A stretch of DNA of 43,408 nt from Halocafeteria seosinensis (taxonomy: Eukaryota): assembly GCA_001687465.1 (NCBI GenBank), contig LVLI01000275.1, positions 1 through 43,408 on the forward strand, read 5' to 3'. The notes under the pieces are model-generated. The model saw only the letters and a program-made list of their open reading frames with translations. It was not told where the DNA came from and ran no database searches. This document shows, piece by piece, positions 22,484 to 35,938 of this stretch (positions are counted from its first letter, which is position 1; every line of letters begins with the position of its first letter). The position numbers were made by a program, and so were the translations under genes.

Positions 22484-25400
22484 ATGAGCGAGCGTCGTCC
22501 CCGTACGAGCCAGGGCGGCGATGGACACTTGGAATCGAAACGAGTGCTGAGTAGACGTCCCAGTTCGCTCGCTCGGGTATCCACCCTGCTGAATAGGATC
22601 ACGGAGGAGGCAGCAGAGCAGCGGCATACCCATGAGCACAGCCCGGAGACCAAACATTCCTCCAACTTGGGGGAGAGCCGTGCTCGGACGGATTCATCCT
22701 CGGCGCCTGCGTTGCATGTCGGCGGTAAGGGTCCCGGGAAACAAACAAGTGCTGCCAAGACTTCCAGGGACAGCGAGGAGTTACCCACCATTTTCGAGCG
22801 GCGTCTAACGGAGCGTCGAGAACGAAACAGTAAAGTCCCTCCCTTTGTTGCCGGGTCAAGACGAACCGACGCAAGTGCACCGCCACGTCCGTCGACTGCT
22901 TCTGGGCGCGCTAGTCATCAGAAGACTTCGCATGGAGCAACGGCGACGCGAGCAGGCGTCGGTCAGTCGAAATCCACAGAAATCGGCTATCGGGTCGCTT
23001 CAGCGATTCCCAATTGGCTGCAGAGTCATGACGTGTTTTCCTCTGTAGAAGTTACTCCAGAGATGCTCCGACGTGGGGATTCCAGCTCTAGTATACCTGA
23101 CCGTCGTTCTCGATCAGATGCCCAGCAGGTCAGGCTCCAACGAGCTCGAAGCAGTAGCGGTAGCTCCATCTCACTAGCGCGTAGCATGTACAGAAAATCG
23201 TTTATTGAGAAAGGTGGTGGTGGACTTAAACGACAGCCATCATTCGCTCACAGCCGAGGGAAGAGTTCTGACAAAACAGGCGAAGCTCAGTCAGAGCATG
23301 CCGAAAAGAAGTCCGAAGTCTATCAATTATCTGCGGCGCATGAACACCGATTGAACTACTTGGAAAAGTCGGTCAAGTACGAACAAAGCGAAAACATGCT
23401 ACAAGAGCTGCTGATCTTACGCGCTCGGACGTATGGCTTGGAGCATCCAAGGACAAACGAGGCGAAGGACCTGTTGATGAAATGCTACCTCGCCCAAAAC
23501 AATATCGCAGATGCTACAGCGCTACAGTCCAACTTTAGAAGCCATTTTGACATTCTAGAAGATAAAATTGTCACGCTCAAAGGAGATTCCGATACAAACA
23601 ATAGGACAAATGCAAGTGAACAAAGAGAAGAAGAATCGGAACCGCCGACGAGCAGGGAAATGGATGAGAATCCGTTTTCAGTTTCTGATGAAGATCGGAG
23701 AAAAGCGCATTCCTTTTACGTTCGGGCACAACGCTTTTACCGCAAGGGGCACTTTGTCCCTGCTGCATTCTTGCTGAACAAAGCTTCCTTGCTCGATCCT
23801 GAAAATGACAAGCTGCATGAGCTTCAGGGCTCTTGTCTAGACATGATGAATGCCAGAGTTTATTCACCAGAACTGGACGTCTCCGTGAAGCTTAAAGCGA
23901 AATGTCCGAATGATACAATCGTGCTTGGAGAACCCCTAAAGGTATACTACTCTTACTCTCAAGCTGATGCGTCTACAGACACAGACAGCACCGGGCCGGG
24001 AAGTCCCACTACCCCCAGTAGCAACTCTATTCATAACCCGTATGACTGGATTGGAATAACAAGAGTATTAAGTGAAGAAGAAAGGCGTCGTGCAACGTCT
24101 TTCGGCACACGTAACGGAGGAGAGTTGAAGACGTTTCCGCGCACTCGAAGCGAAGCATCTAACGCAGCGTTCGGTAGACCACTGGATCGGCAAGTGCACG
24201 TAAATGAAGGACGGGTGGATTTCGGTGATATAATTGTTAGAGCATTGAAAGATGAGGACTTAGAAGCTGATGCTGAGAGTATAGGCCCAGAAGATGTTGC
24301 AGAACGCTTAAATTCCCCCTATGAGTACGATGAGTTCCTCGTTGGATGGTGCTTTGTTCCTAAGCATACGAACTATAGCTCTGTCACGTTTACAGGACAA
24401 CCTCGTGTCCCCGGTGTATACCGAATCCGGTATTTCTTACATGGTACAACGCTTTCTGCTGGGAACCCCGTAAAAATCCTGGCAAAGCATGTTAAAGCGG
24501 AGATACATGCCCTTGGCCATCATATCTGCGGAAATCCTCTGTATGTTGATTACAAACTTTCTTACAATGCTCGTAGATGCTGTCATGGTGCGTGGATTTC
24601 CTTGTGGCCTCTAGGCTCGAAGAAGAAAATGTGGAAAAAAATTGCTGCTGCGACAAACTTAGGGTTGCTTAAGCGACAAGACGAGGAAGCGCAAGATAAG
24701 GAACAGGACGAGAATGAGAATGAAAATGAAGGTGTTATTGGGAGACGACTTCGAGGAAAGAAGCCTCCCTATAACGCGGATCGACCCGTTGAGGCGCTAC
24801 CCATCAGCAAGCACCACCAAGGTCGTGTATGCTTTTCTTCCCATCCGATTTACCCTGGACTTTACGAAGTCCGACTTTTTACCGGCAACCGTCGGCTCAC
24901 GGAGTCCCAAGTAGAGCAAATTCACGGAAATGAAGAAAATTTGCAATATCAGTTGGGAGCGGATTCTAAGAGTAAATGGGGAACCTGTGTAGCCGTCTCG
25001 TCCCGCATCTTGGTTACTGAACCCTGTCCACGGTATCTCTTACACCCGTATACACATCTCCGAAGAGAATACCGAGTGTACATATCTGGGGCCTGCAGCG
25101 ACTCCATGCTGGAAAGAGAAGCGTTGTTTACTGTGGTCGCGCCGAGGTTCAGGGAGATGTGCGAACGTCGGGCTGTAAACGCAACTTTCGTTGACATGCG
25201 GCAGGGTCTTCCGGAAAGCGACGAGGTTCTTAGTGGCAATGCGTTAGGGGAACTTTGGAAGAAAGTTCCCCGCACAGGGGCGAGACGACGCTCCAGTGTC
25301 GTCAGCTTCCATGATGAACAATCGGAGCCAACCAATACTCGTAGCACCAGTAGAAGTATTGCTCACGCACGGACGTCCAGGCGCGTAGAGGGACTAGCCA

Positions 25401-28400
25401 AGGAACTCCAGAGAGAGTACTTCACGTGGCGGGTGGAACTTGGCTTGAAAGAAATCATGGAGTGCCGTCCCAATTCCATCTGCATTATCGGTGGACGATA
25501 TGGTTGGCAGCTTCCAAGTCTTCCTTCGCGAGTCCTGTACCGGTACCCCTGGCTAAGGGATTGCTACAACGAGCATGTTGCACGATATTCTTCGAGAGTG
25601 GGCCCTCCAAACTATAGATCAAGTATCGCTCCAGAAAACCCCTCATCTGGCGTTGATGATACGTCTCCTGTCGCCTTTTCCGATGCTACAATTAGTTCGA
25701 AAGGAACCCCGAACCAGGGTATCGGCCCCTCTTCTCTAAGCAAGAGCTTTATGGCTGGATATTCTGTATTTTTCGAAAATTCAGCAAGAGACACATCTTC
25801 TGTCAAAAAAGAGAAGGAACTTCTGCCTCCTACGCAATACTCTCCGCTTGAAAGGGTCGCTAACTGTTCCTGGTCAGAAGTTGAATTGAATCAAATATTT
25901 TTGGTGCCTCAATACAACCCGCATTCTGGTGATGCTAGTCTTGAAACAATGTTGGAAAAGCTACTTCGTATATGGCTCCATTCTCAGTCTGAACTCCCGC
26001 AACTCAGGAACATTGAGAGTGGGATTGACAATGGGCTTTCAAGTTTAGCTTCGCAGCGGCTACTCGCTTTGCCCAAGCTCGGGAATCACCATATACTGAT
26101 TTCATCTCTTCAATGGGTGCTAGGAAAGTTGGAAAGCCCCCCGATTACAAAGATTGAAGGCAGAAAGCTTCGCGATTTAGATGCACCATTCTCGATTTCT
26201 GTCGCTTCGATCCTAGTCACAATGCTTCCTCTTTCGCTGCGCCTTAAACTCTTTTCGTCGATGGACAGACAGAAATTGCTTGGGACGTCGGATTCGCAGG
26301 GAACACCCAGGGGCTCAGCAGAGCGTTCAAGTAGTAGTCGGAATAGTAGTCGGGACAAAGAGGTGGATAAAAATAGTGTTGAGGATCTAGCCGAGTCTTT
26401 GCTGTCTGCCGAGAATCTAGTTGAAGACCAGTACTACAACTCTATGCTTTACACTCGTCACCCCTCATTGCAATTGCGCGGAGTCTCAATGACTCCCTTT
26501 CTAGCACGAAGTCAAAGCCTAGATCGCGAACTTGGAGACAAAGCGTTCGTTGATCTCAGAAACTTCATCATGAAGCGTACAGACCAATACCGCGTGGGTT
26601 ACACAAGTATTGGTAATTTTTGTGAATGGGCCTTAGCGGACTGTGTTAATTCATTTAATTTTGTGTTCCCTTCTTCTGATACCCCAGAGTCGGGCGAACT
26701 GCTGGGAATGGGCGTTTCAGCGTTTTCAACCACGCGCCGTTCGTTTGTTGTGCTTCACGAAAACTTTCTGGAGGCTGTGAAGTATTTGGACTCCTATCTC
26801 AGTGAAGATAATCATGCAGCTTATTCCAGATACCCCCAGTTAGTGTTCGGGCCCGCTGGTGGTGGAAAGACTACTCTCTTACTGCATTGGATCTCGTCAA
26901 TAAGCTCATTTCAGGATTCTAAAAAGGAATTTTTCAGCGCGGAGGAGAAAGAGGCTAACCTATGTTGGCATGAGAGAAGCTTTCGAGGGATACCCGTTTC
27001 TGAGCCTTCCGAGAACCTGGGTTCCGTCTCATCCGAAGAGGGCGGCAAAGCATGGTCCCGGGGTGTTGCTATGCGAGACTTCTCCTCTGATTCTTCTTCG
27101 AAGGTGAAGTGCTTACATACCTGTTCACCAATTCCGCATGTTAGTGTGTATAAATCAGATAACGTGTGGAACCTTGTTATATACGCTTGTACTGGCCTGG
27201 CCGGATTTCCCAGAAGTGGTATTGAGATCGTCAACTACTTGTCCCAGGAAGTATGCATTGCCGCGGCTCAGGTGGCTTACAAAATGGAATCAGACAACGA
27301 TACTGAAATAGTTTTTATGACAGAGCTTGATGACCTCTTTGACAATGCGGATCCATGGTACACTGTAGTAAAGCTTGAAACTCAGTACAACCTCGTAAGT
27401 TGCAGGAAATCCGCTACAAACTCTGCTTCGTTATAGTGTAATTTTACGTACGCGCAGCTCACGGATAGTATCGGGCGGGGAAGGCCCTACGAGGCTATTC
27501 AGACCATTTTTTCAGAACTTTTGGAAATTGCAACAGAGAGCATGAAAATTACCATTGTCCTCGATGGGTGCGATGTTATAGTGGATAAACCTGCGGAATG
27601 GACAACAGCAAGCTTATATCCTTCAAGAGGCTCAATTAGTCGCACTTGCCAAATGAAGGCATCCGCTACCGCATTTGACTATCGAGAAATCGTGCACTTC
27701 GATGAAGAAGGAGAGCCCTTGTATGAAAATATGTTATATGATCGTGTGCGCGACTGGTACTCATTCGATGAGCAACTCAGCAAATCTCCAAAACAGCTTT
27801 GGTTTGTGCCGGACCCACTTCCGAGAAATGTATATTTCGTTCTGAGTATGAGAGAGCGATCTAGTTCTTGGGAAAATTCTGGCCTGAATTCCTGGAGTTA
27901 TTCCGCTATTCGCGTATCTCCTCCGCCGCAGCGCGGAGCTTTGGAAATCTTGAGCTTTGGACTACGGCCCAAACAAAACGTCAGGTGCCCGGAATGGGGT
28001 GGTGATGCTGACCTGGAGTTCCAGTGGCTCTTGCAGTTTCCTTGCCCATCGCTAGGTAGCCTGGATGGGCTTTTGGAGCAATTCAAAACGGATAATAAGT
28101 CGAACGTGATACAAGAAAGCACTGAAGACGTCCGTTCGGAGCTGTTTAAGGAAGGTCTTAGTGATTTAATTGATGGGGCGCAACTGTATGCAACGTTCTA
28201 CCCGGTAGCTCCCGTGAATTACGGGCGCGCTCAGCGGCATCCCATCTTGGAATGTAACAATATTACTAGGTCGTCACTGTTAGATAAAGCCTTTACAAGA
28301 GCGGGAGTGAGTGCCAAGTGTCGTAACATTGCTCTAAATGTTGTACATGAGCTGAGTATGGAAGTAAACAACTTTGGAGATGAGAGAAAAAAGGATTCGA

Positions 28401-31289
28401 AGAAGGGTCCAGAATCGGAGGTGGCGAGTCCTGAAGTGGAGTTCGCATGGAAGATGAATCAGCTATTTTCTCGCTTTTCTCCAGAAGAAAAGCAAGCAAT
28501 CTTGCCCACGTCTACTGAGTCGCTTCGGGAGAGCTTGATCCGCATACTTACCGCCCGCATCCCGGCCGACTATAGAGCGAGTGAGGTAACTCGGCAACGA
28601 GAGGCGGCGTTACGCAATCCTGCTTTACTTCGGACTGTTCTCGCAGCATTATCAATGACAGGTATGTTGAACGTATATTAGCCGCAACGGGACGCATTGG
28701 TGTAATACAGAGTCTGCTCTTCCGTTGCTCCAGAAAGCTACTTCGAAGCATTGGCGCTCTCCTGCCGCATACGAGCGGACCCGCGCGTAGAAGTGGCTCA
28801 GTCGATGGTCCTCGAGGGTTTAGAAAGAAGATACCCAATTGGTATTGAGGTTTTATGTCTACTGCGGTGTTGTCACGTTGGACTTTCTGGTGCGTAGTAT
28901 ACATTGTTCACTTTGCTGTTATCCCCTTGACAGCATTTTTTGGTGTGATGCAGAGACGGAGCTAATTGACATATTAGGTGGGCACATCCTGCCGAAGGAG
29001 ACTTTCGTCGGTCACGGTGTTGAAAATGCGAATGAGATCCAGTCATCGGAACCGCAGAGCGCAAGGAAGAATGACGGTAATCCGGACCGCACGAAAGATA
29101 CTAGACCCTCATGGTTAAAAACGGGAAAGAAGTCGTCTCATTTTTCAGATGTCGTAGAGAAAATGCAGAACGCCTACACTGAAGGAAAAGACGGAGAAAA
29201 CATATACACCAAGATACCCTCGGAGGCGATGATGCCTCCCCCTTCCCACTGGGCACACTTTGACGCTGCTGCTTGGAGCTCATGCCGCGGTGTGCTCCTC
29301 TCGTGTATGGTGAATGTGTGCCGAGGGCTGTGGTGCCTCGATAGCCCACTTGTGGAGGAGCTGATTGACCGGTGGATTCTTCCACAGTGGCGCCAACGAG
29401 AGATGTATCTCCAAAGAATCATTGCATATTTCTGGATTCGGCCTTTAGGTCATAGGAAAATGGAGGAACTACCGCGGGCTTTCATGCAGTTATTAGGTTG
29501 GACGGACTATAAAAATGCGCTCCAGCCGTCCGCACGACGAGCTTCGGTAATGTCTGAATTTGAAGGGGGAAAGCGGTCCTCACTTGCTTCGCCCAAAAGC
29601 CCCACTACTGAAGAGGCTGTTTCCCGGAACGAAAAGGAAAGCCAGGAGAAAAAAGCAGTAAGAGAAGATGTCATTTCCACAGATGTTGCGCTTACCTCGA
29701 TCGGCGGCTGCGTATTTGGGCAATACGCTCCACGACCTCCAGATGAACATGATCCTAATTTCTTGCATCTGGTGAAACAGGGGGTCACATATTCCGGTGT
29801 TACGTCGAATGTTGCAAGGCCCCGTTTCGCTGAATTGATAGAATTACGTCTCCGCCATAAGAGTCCTTGGGAAGCCTTGAGAAACCGAGATCCTTACTCA
29901 CTGCTGACTAATCACCAAAGACCTGAGAAGGTTTTTCCGGCGAACTCTGCTAGATTGGCCAGTCAAATGATTTGCTTTCTTGCATCACCTGATGTTATGA
30001 GTCTTGCACTAAGCTCTCAACTTTACCGTGTAGAGTATATTCGGACTTTAGAGTCAACGGGGTTATCTGCGTCAGCTATTGTTGAGACATTTCGAAGCGC
30101 ATGGGAGCGTAAGTTCCGTGTGGACGATGCACCAGAAAGACCGAACTACCACATGATTCGGCATTCTGACTACGCTGTCTCTGAAGACTTCCCTGAAATG
30201 GAAACCCAGCAGCAGGAAGAAACACAGGATCAATCCCAAAGATATGTTTTTGCCAAGCAGTGGCATGAAATTAGGACTGAAGGAACCGAAGATCTCATGA
30301 GGCATGGCGTAAGTGTGGTTGAATTAACATCTTCTAACTGCTTTTCTTATAGTAGGAATGTTGCCTCACTTGCAGGAAATATTTTTGGATTTAGGGGATT
30401 TTCAGGCAGCAGAAGAAGCTCTAGAGTGCAGTTTCTTTATTATGACAAAACTGAAGTCTATGCACGAAGAATTGTCGGACTTTGCCAGGGGCGTGGAGAA
30501 TGTGAGTACATGCTACACTTACTTCACTGAGTAAAACACCATACTCCTCCCTTTTGTATTAATTTCAGAAGTTGCATGAACTTGAAAGAACAAGGACGAT
30601 TGTGCGAACTCCAGGAGAGCCTCTTGTGTCGGGGCATCGCTCTTACACATTACCTGAAGTGCAGCGTAGCACACTGGAGAGATTCACTGCTACGGGATCG
30701 TCTGCAATAAGCTTGCATCAGTATCGGACACCCAAGCAATTGCTGCATGCTTTGTCATCCAATCAGTCAACACAGGAATCTTCTCAGAGTGGTAGTCAAA
30801 TGAGACGGTCCCCACAATTCATTAATGTGGAAAACATCTGTAGAGTATGTGGCATGCTTGCGGCACTTTACGCAGAACGCGTTCGAGGCTATTACGCGTT
30901 CGTACGTAAACTGACCAACCTAATGGAAGAACGGCGAGAGTCTTGGATGGATAATGCGGAACAGCAAGAGAAAAGCTATCTGCAGCAGGGAGGTCTTCAA
31001 GCAGGAGATCCGAGCAATCCAACCTATACTTCTTCTCAGAAAAGCGGTGCAGCTCACGAAATTCGGCCTGCAGACACGTGAGTCATATCAGTGAGAATCT
31101 GGATCTTCTAAGTTAGTTGCTTATCGCTTTTTTATCTCCTGTTGCAGGAAGGCGAAGCTAAACAACCTAGTCGCGTTTGTTAAGGCGTTTAAGAAGATCG
31201 TAGGGCACGACCACCCGTTGTTGGAATGGTGTCTGAAGGAGGCTCATGCGGCTATGTCGACATCAGAGGCTTCGTATAGGGCCGCATAG
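22484..31289 (+). CDS. Giant multidomain STAND/NACHT protein (TPR, two Ig/SKICH-like domains, DUF4062-like, NACHT P-loop, TPR); NPHP3/TEP1/TTC41-like; about 6 exons
   Basis: YGLEHPRT TPR; YRVYISG...EREAL...VDMRQGL...KEIMECRP...IIGGRYGW; Walker A GPAGGGKT (26849-26872); Walker B ITIVLDG; spliced GLS|ETELIDIL; RKMEELP; terminal VGHDHP. Introns at about 27395-27457, 28662-28733, 28890-28953, 30502-30568 and 31078-31147. Confidence 0.8.
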
Positions 31290-31819
31290 ACATAGGGGAT
31301 TACCCCGAATGATCAAAGTATCTGGTCTCGGCAAGCAACAGCAACCAGACCAGTGAACAGTCCTGATGTTATCAGAAGGAAAAAGCCAAGACTTGTGATA
31401 ATTAGTTTACTGGTGGCTGACGACAGGCAAGAGAGACCCAAAGGATCCGCCCATCCTGCCCATTTCAACCACAATATTTGCTGCTCTTAGTTCCTAGATC
31501 TAGATAATACACACGCGCTCCGTCTTTGTCCTTTCCCAGTCGGTTTGTGTCACACAAATTGTGTGTCTCCAACGGTCCGCAACGGAACAAAACTCCTTTG
31601 ATGACAGGGCGGAGTTACCAACAGACCCGTCAGTGCGCAAGGGTTTGTCCACAGATAGGCAGCCAGAGTGCAACAGGACAGCGCAATCCATGACCATCGG
31701 TATAAATAAAAGCAAGTACCACCTGCGGCTCATGGCTGTGGTAAAGACAGCCGCCTTTGGGTAGCCTGCTGTATGCGCAGCGTTCAGATCTCTATTTGGA
31801 CTATTTATGAGGCTCCAAG

Positions 31820-33578
31820 ATGGTTGCAATCGGTACAACATTACTTGCGGCGCTTCAGGGTGTCATCCGGGTGCTCCTGGTATGTGTCGTTGTGGAGGAA
31901 ATCCCTCATGTAGAAGCATGGGCGCGTGTATCTCTCCCCTGGACAGAACCACTTCCTTGACCCTTTATATGCTCGTTATTACGCTTTTCTTCGCGCAGAT
32001 TGGCCTTATAGGGTTCTTGATGCAGCGTTTCCAAAAGGCTCTCAATGGTCAAATTCGTGGGGCATTGTCCAAAATAGTCTATTTGACGCTCCTCCCGGCG
32101 CTGATATGGTTCACCTTGACGGAGGCCATCCGGAAGGACAAACTCGACGAATTAGTGCTGCTTCCAGTGTACTCGGCGCTTTACATAGCCATCGGTTGCG
32201 GTGTCGGATACCTCATAGCGATTATCGTGGAGCGACAAGGCGAAATCGTGAAACGCGAGCATATCATGGCCACAGTGGGCTTTGCCAACAATGGCTACTT
32301 GCCACTAGTTTTGGCTCCAGCCGTCTTACAGGTAAGAACTACGCTATAATGGGGCATATCGCATTCAACTGGAATGTTTAGTCTAGACTGTCTCTTGCAG
32401 GCGAACCCTTTTAATCGCTCTGGTGGTGAGAACCAGTCACTGTCCGAACTACTGACGGAAGATGCTGATCGAGCTATCAGCGTCATCTCAATATTCTTCA
32501 TTGTTCCGAACTTTGCAATATGGAGTGTTTGTTTTGGCCTTATACAAAGTGCCGCTAAGAAAGGTAAAAAAGAAAGTGATTCCAAAGCTAGAGTGGATGA
32601 CTCTCAGCGAGGCCTCCAAGAGGTGGAATGTGATTCCTCCTCGGCACAAGAGAAAGACCCATTCAAGGACACCGGTATGGAAGCTGAAACCAGCGCTAAA
32701 GAAACCAATGCCTCAGAACGCCAACGTAACGATCCTGGGAAGGAGGAGGAGGGAAAGACCGATGTAGAGAATAGAAATGGAAGCAGGGAAAATCTGGAGA
32801 ATGAAATCGAGAAAGAAAAAGAAATGCACATCACCGCTTCAAGCCTAGATAACGGCACGAAGCTAGGCGACGACAACAAGATGACAGTGGAAGAACTTCC
32901 TTTATGGAAATTAACGCTGAAGCAGCTGTGGTCGCCACCGGTCATAGCTGTGCTCCTTGGTCTCTTTTGTGGACTTGTAACGGAGGTTCGGAAGGCTTTC
33001 ATATTGGAAGATAGTGATGAACTTGCTCCTTTGGAACCCACCCTGACTAGTGCCGCTAGATCAGTCGGGAATTCTGTCATGCCGACAGTCTTACTTATTC
33101 TAGGGGCAAACATAGCTGACCAGGTAGAACATCGCGATTACTCGGTCCGCAAGTAAGTTAGTGTTTCACTCTGTTTTGCCATGTGCCAGAAGCATTCCAA
33201 TACTATCAATTACAGGAGTGTGCTGGCTGCAATAGCGATAGGAAAACTTGTCATATTGCCGGCCATTGGGACTGGCCTCGTGCTTCTGGGATTACACCTT
33301 GACCTGATAAGAGGTGATCCCATTCTAGTATTCGTCCTATTCTTACAAGCATGCACTCCTCCTGCAAGTAAGTGACACATGGACCTTTTATCGTTACGAA
33401 GAACTCGTCCTCAAAGGTGTTTGCGTGATATGCAGTGAATTTAGTCGTTCTCAGTGAACTTGTTGACTATGCGCAAACTCAGATTAGCTATATACTGTTC
33501 GTTCTCTACATGGTCTCTATAATTACTATGACAGTGTGGGTTGCTTTGTACCTGTACCTGGCCCAAGAGTCTGTATGA
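31820..33578 (+). CDS. PIN-LIKES (PILS)/auxin efflux carrier family membrane transporter, paralog 1, 6 exons
   Basis: MVAIGTTLLAALQGVIRVLL|...LSKIVYLTLLPALIW...GFANNGYLPLVL...SPPVIAVLLG...PTVLLILGANI...KLVILP...DPILVFVLFLQACTPPA|MNLVVLSEL; stop at 33578. Confidence 0.9.
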
Positions 33579-33983
33579 AGCGCTGATTGGCGTCAGGATG
33601 TTGCTTTTGCAATATGGATGGTGGAGAATTGTATAACTAAGCGTTCTGTGTTACCCGGTGTCAGGAATATGAGCATCGCATAGCGGTAATCGGGCGAAGG
33701 AAAGATCTCAGTCTCCATTCACAATTGAAATGCCAAGTTTGTCGGGCACTTCTCTATGAATCATATGCATAGTTGACGAGAGTAACTCCGGAGGATGCGG
33801 TGTTCAGGTCTTGTATGGCTGTACAACATCCGTTGTAGGTGTGTAATATGTACAAATAGTAGTAGTGTATTGTCAATATGATACCATTACGAGTACCGAT
33901 GGGATTGTTTTGTATGAACCCTGGAAGCACTGTTGTTGTCGTATAAATGTTGCGTTTGAATCAACGTGCCGCAACGTCGAACA

Positions 33984-35651
33984 ATGGTAGACATTGGCAC
34001 GACTTTATTGGCCTCCTTCCAAGGGGTACTCCGCGTTCTGCTGGTATGTAGCCCGTTAGTGTAGATCTCAGTTGTTTGCTTACACTCGCGGTGCCTTTCG
34101 AGCTACACAGGTAGGTGTTGTTGGATTCCTGATGGAGTGGCTCCGAAAAGCACTGGATGATCAAACTCGAGGCTCCTTGTCGAAAATTGTGTACCTGGCG
34201 TTGTTACCCGCGCTCTTATGGTATACATTGACCGAGAGCTTAAATACCGATAACCTCAACGAACTCGCCGTGTTTCCGATCTTTTCACTTCTCTACATTA
34301 TCATCGGCTGTGGACTGGGTTATTTAACCTCATTGGTGGTAACACCACGAGCGGACGATAAAATCCGACGAGAGCATGTCATCGCTTGTGTTGGCTTCTC
34401 GAATCACGGTTATTTGCCGCTCGTTCTCGCGCCTGCTATATTACAAGTGAGTGTGAAGACATACGCGAACGTACTTCGGTTCCATAGGCACAGTTCAATG
34501 GCGGTGGGTATTCATGCAGGTGAATCCATTCAAGAAGTCAGGAACTCCTGACCACTCATTGAACGAAATACTGCAGGTAGATTCGGATAGGTCTATTGGA
34601 TTGATTTCTATTTTTGTTGCTATACCGATTTTTTCTGTGTGGAGTGTATGTTTCTGTTTGATTCAACGAGCAGCAGCTTCCACTACCTCCGAAGGCCTTC
34701 ACACGGTGAAAGAAAGCAACTCTGTGGATCAACTCGCCGAAACAGAGAATACCCAAAGCGAGTATGAATCTCAACGACTAGAACTGTCCTCGCTCGGAGA
34801 TGCCGCAAAAAGGCAAGGAAATGAGGCAAGTCAAGGGTGGAGTATTTCTGCTTCGCCGGAGTATATATCAGAAAGATCGGCAACTCCGGAAGATATCGAA
34901 AGCAACAAAGTAGTCGGCTCGCAACCGTATGAAATGGCAATGGCTAAACCAGTTACTTCTGCTAAAGATGTGCCCTTTTGGAAGAGAGCCCTAAAACAGG
35001 CGATGTCTCCTCCTATACTCGCTATCCTTGCCGGTTTACTAATCGGGCTTATTGCTCCGCTCAAAGCGCTGTTCTTCAGCGAAGATACTAGTGAGAGTCT
35101 TGCACCCTTGGAACCGACACTGTCAAATGGTATAAAGTCCTTAGGCGACGCGGTAACACCTGTCACATTGCTGATCCTGGGAGCGAACATCGCCGACCAG
35201 GTGAGACAAAGGAACTACTGTGTCCGCAAGTGAGTGCTTTCTTAGTTATGCGATGTCTGACTGACATTTAACACCTGGCTATATCGCGTTAACAGAGCTC
35301 TACTCGCCGGTATTGGAATTTCTAAATTGATAGTCATGCCGGTTGTCTGTGTCGGCGTAGTTATACTTGCCGTGCACTTGGAACTTGTCCAAAAGGACCC
35401 GATAGTTGTTTTCGTGCTCCAACTGGAGTCCTGTACTCCTACAGCAAGTAAGGTTTAGTTTCCAGCTTGACTCCTACGCAGCTGACTAGACTCCAGTGCT
35501 CCATACAGTGAACCTTATTCTTATGAGTGAGCTGGTGAACTATGGTCAAGCCGAGATCAGCTACGTCCTTTTCGTGATGTACATGGCATCAATCATCACA
35601 ATGACATGTTGGATCGCCATATTCTTGTACATAACGGACATTATCGTATGA
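33984..35651 (+). CDS. PIN-LIKES (PILS)/auxin efflux carrier family membrane transporter, paralog 2, 6 exons
   Basis: MVDIGTTLLASFQGVLRVLL|...LSKIVYLALLPALLW...GFSNHGYLPLVL...SPPILAIL...PVTLLILGANI...ESCTPTA|MNLILMSEL; same five intron positions as paralog 1. Confidence 0.9.
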
Positions 35652-35938
35652 GGACTAGGGTGCAATGGAGCTCAAGTCCCTTGTGTTAACTTTAAGAAAT
35701 AAGGAACAAGCGGTGGAGTGTTACGAAACAGCTGTGCGGCTCTCCTGGTATTACTCCATCACATGGTAAGCGTGTCGTGGCTAACCAGCCATGCACAGTA
35801 CCGGTTACATAGGGGAGACCGTCGGTAGTACATGCTTACTGACACAGCTGGGAACGTCAAAGCGCCACTGCATGGCCGCTTTACCCCGACTTGAGCGCCT
35901 AAAGAGGCTGGAATTATCCCCAAGGATCCAGCAATAGG

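Noticed and set aside
22412..35190. Numerous antisense and alternative-frame ORFs of 60-170 aa
   Set aside because: They are shadows of the long coding exons and have no independent motifs.
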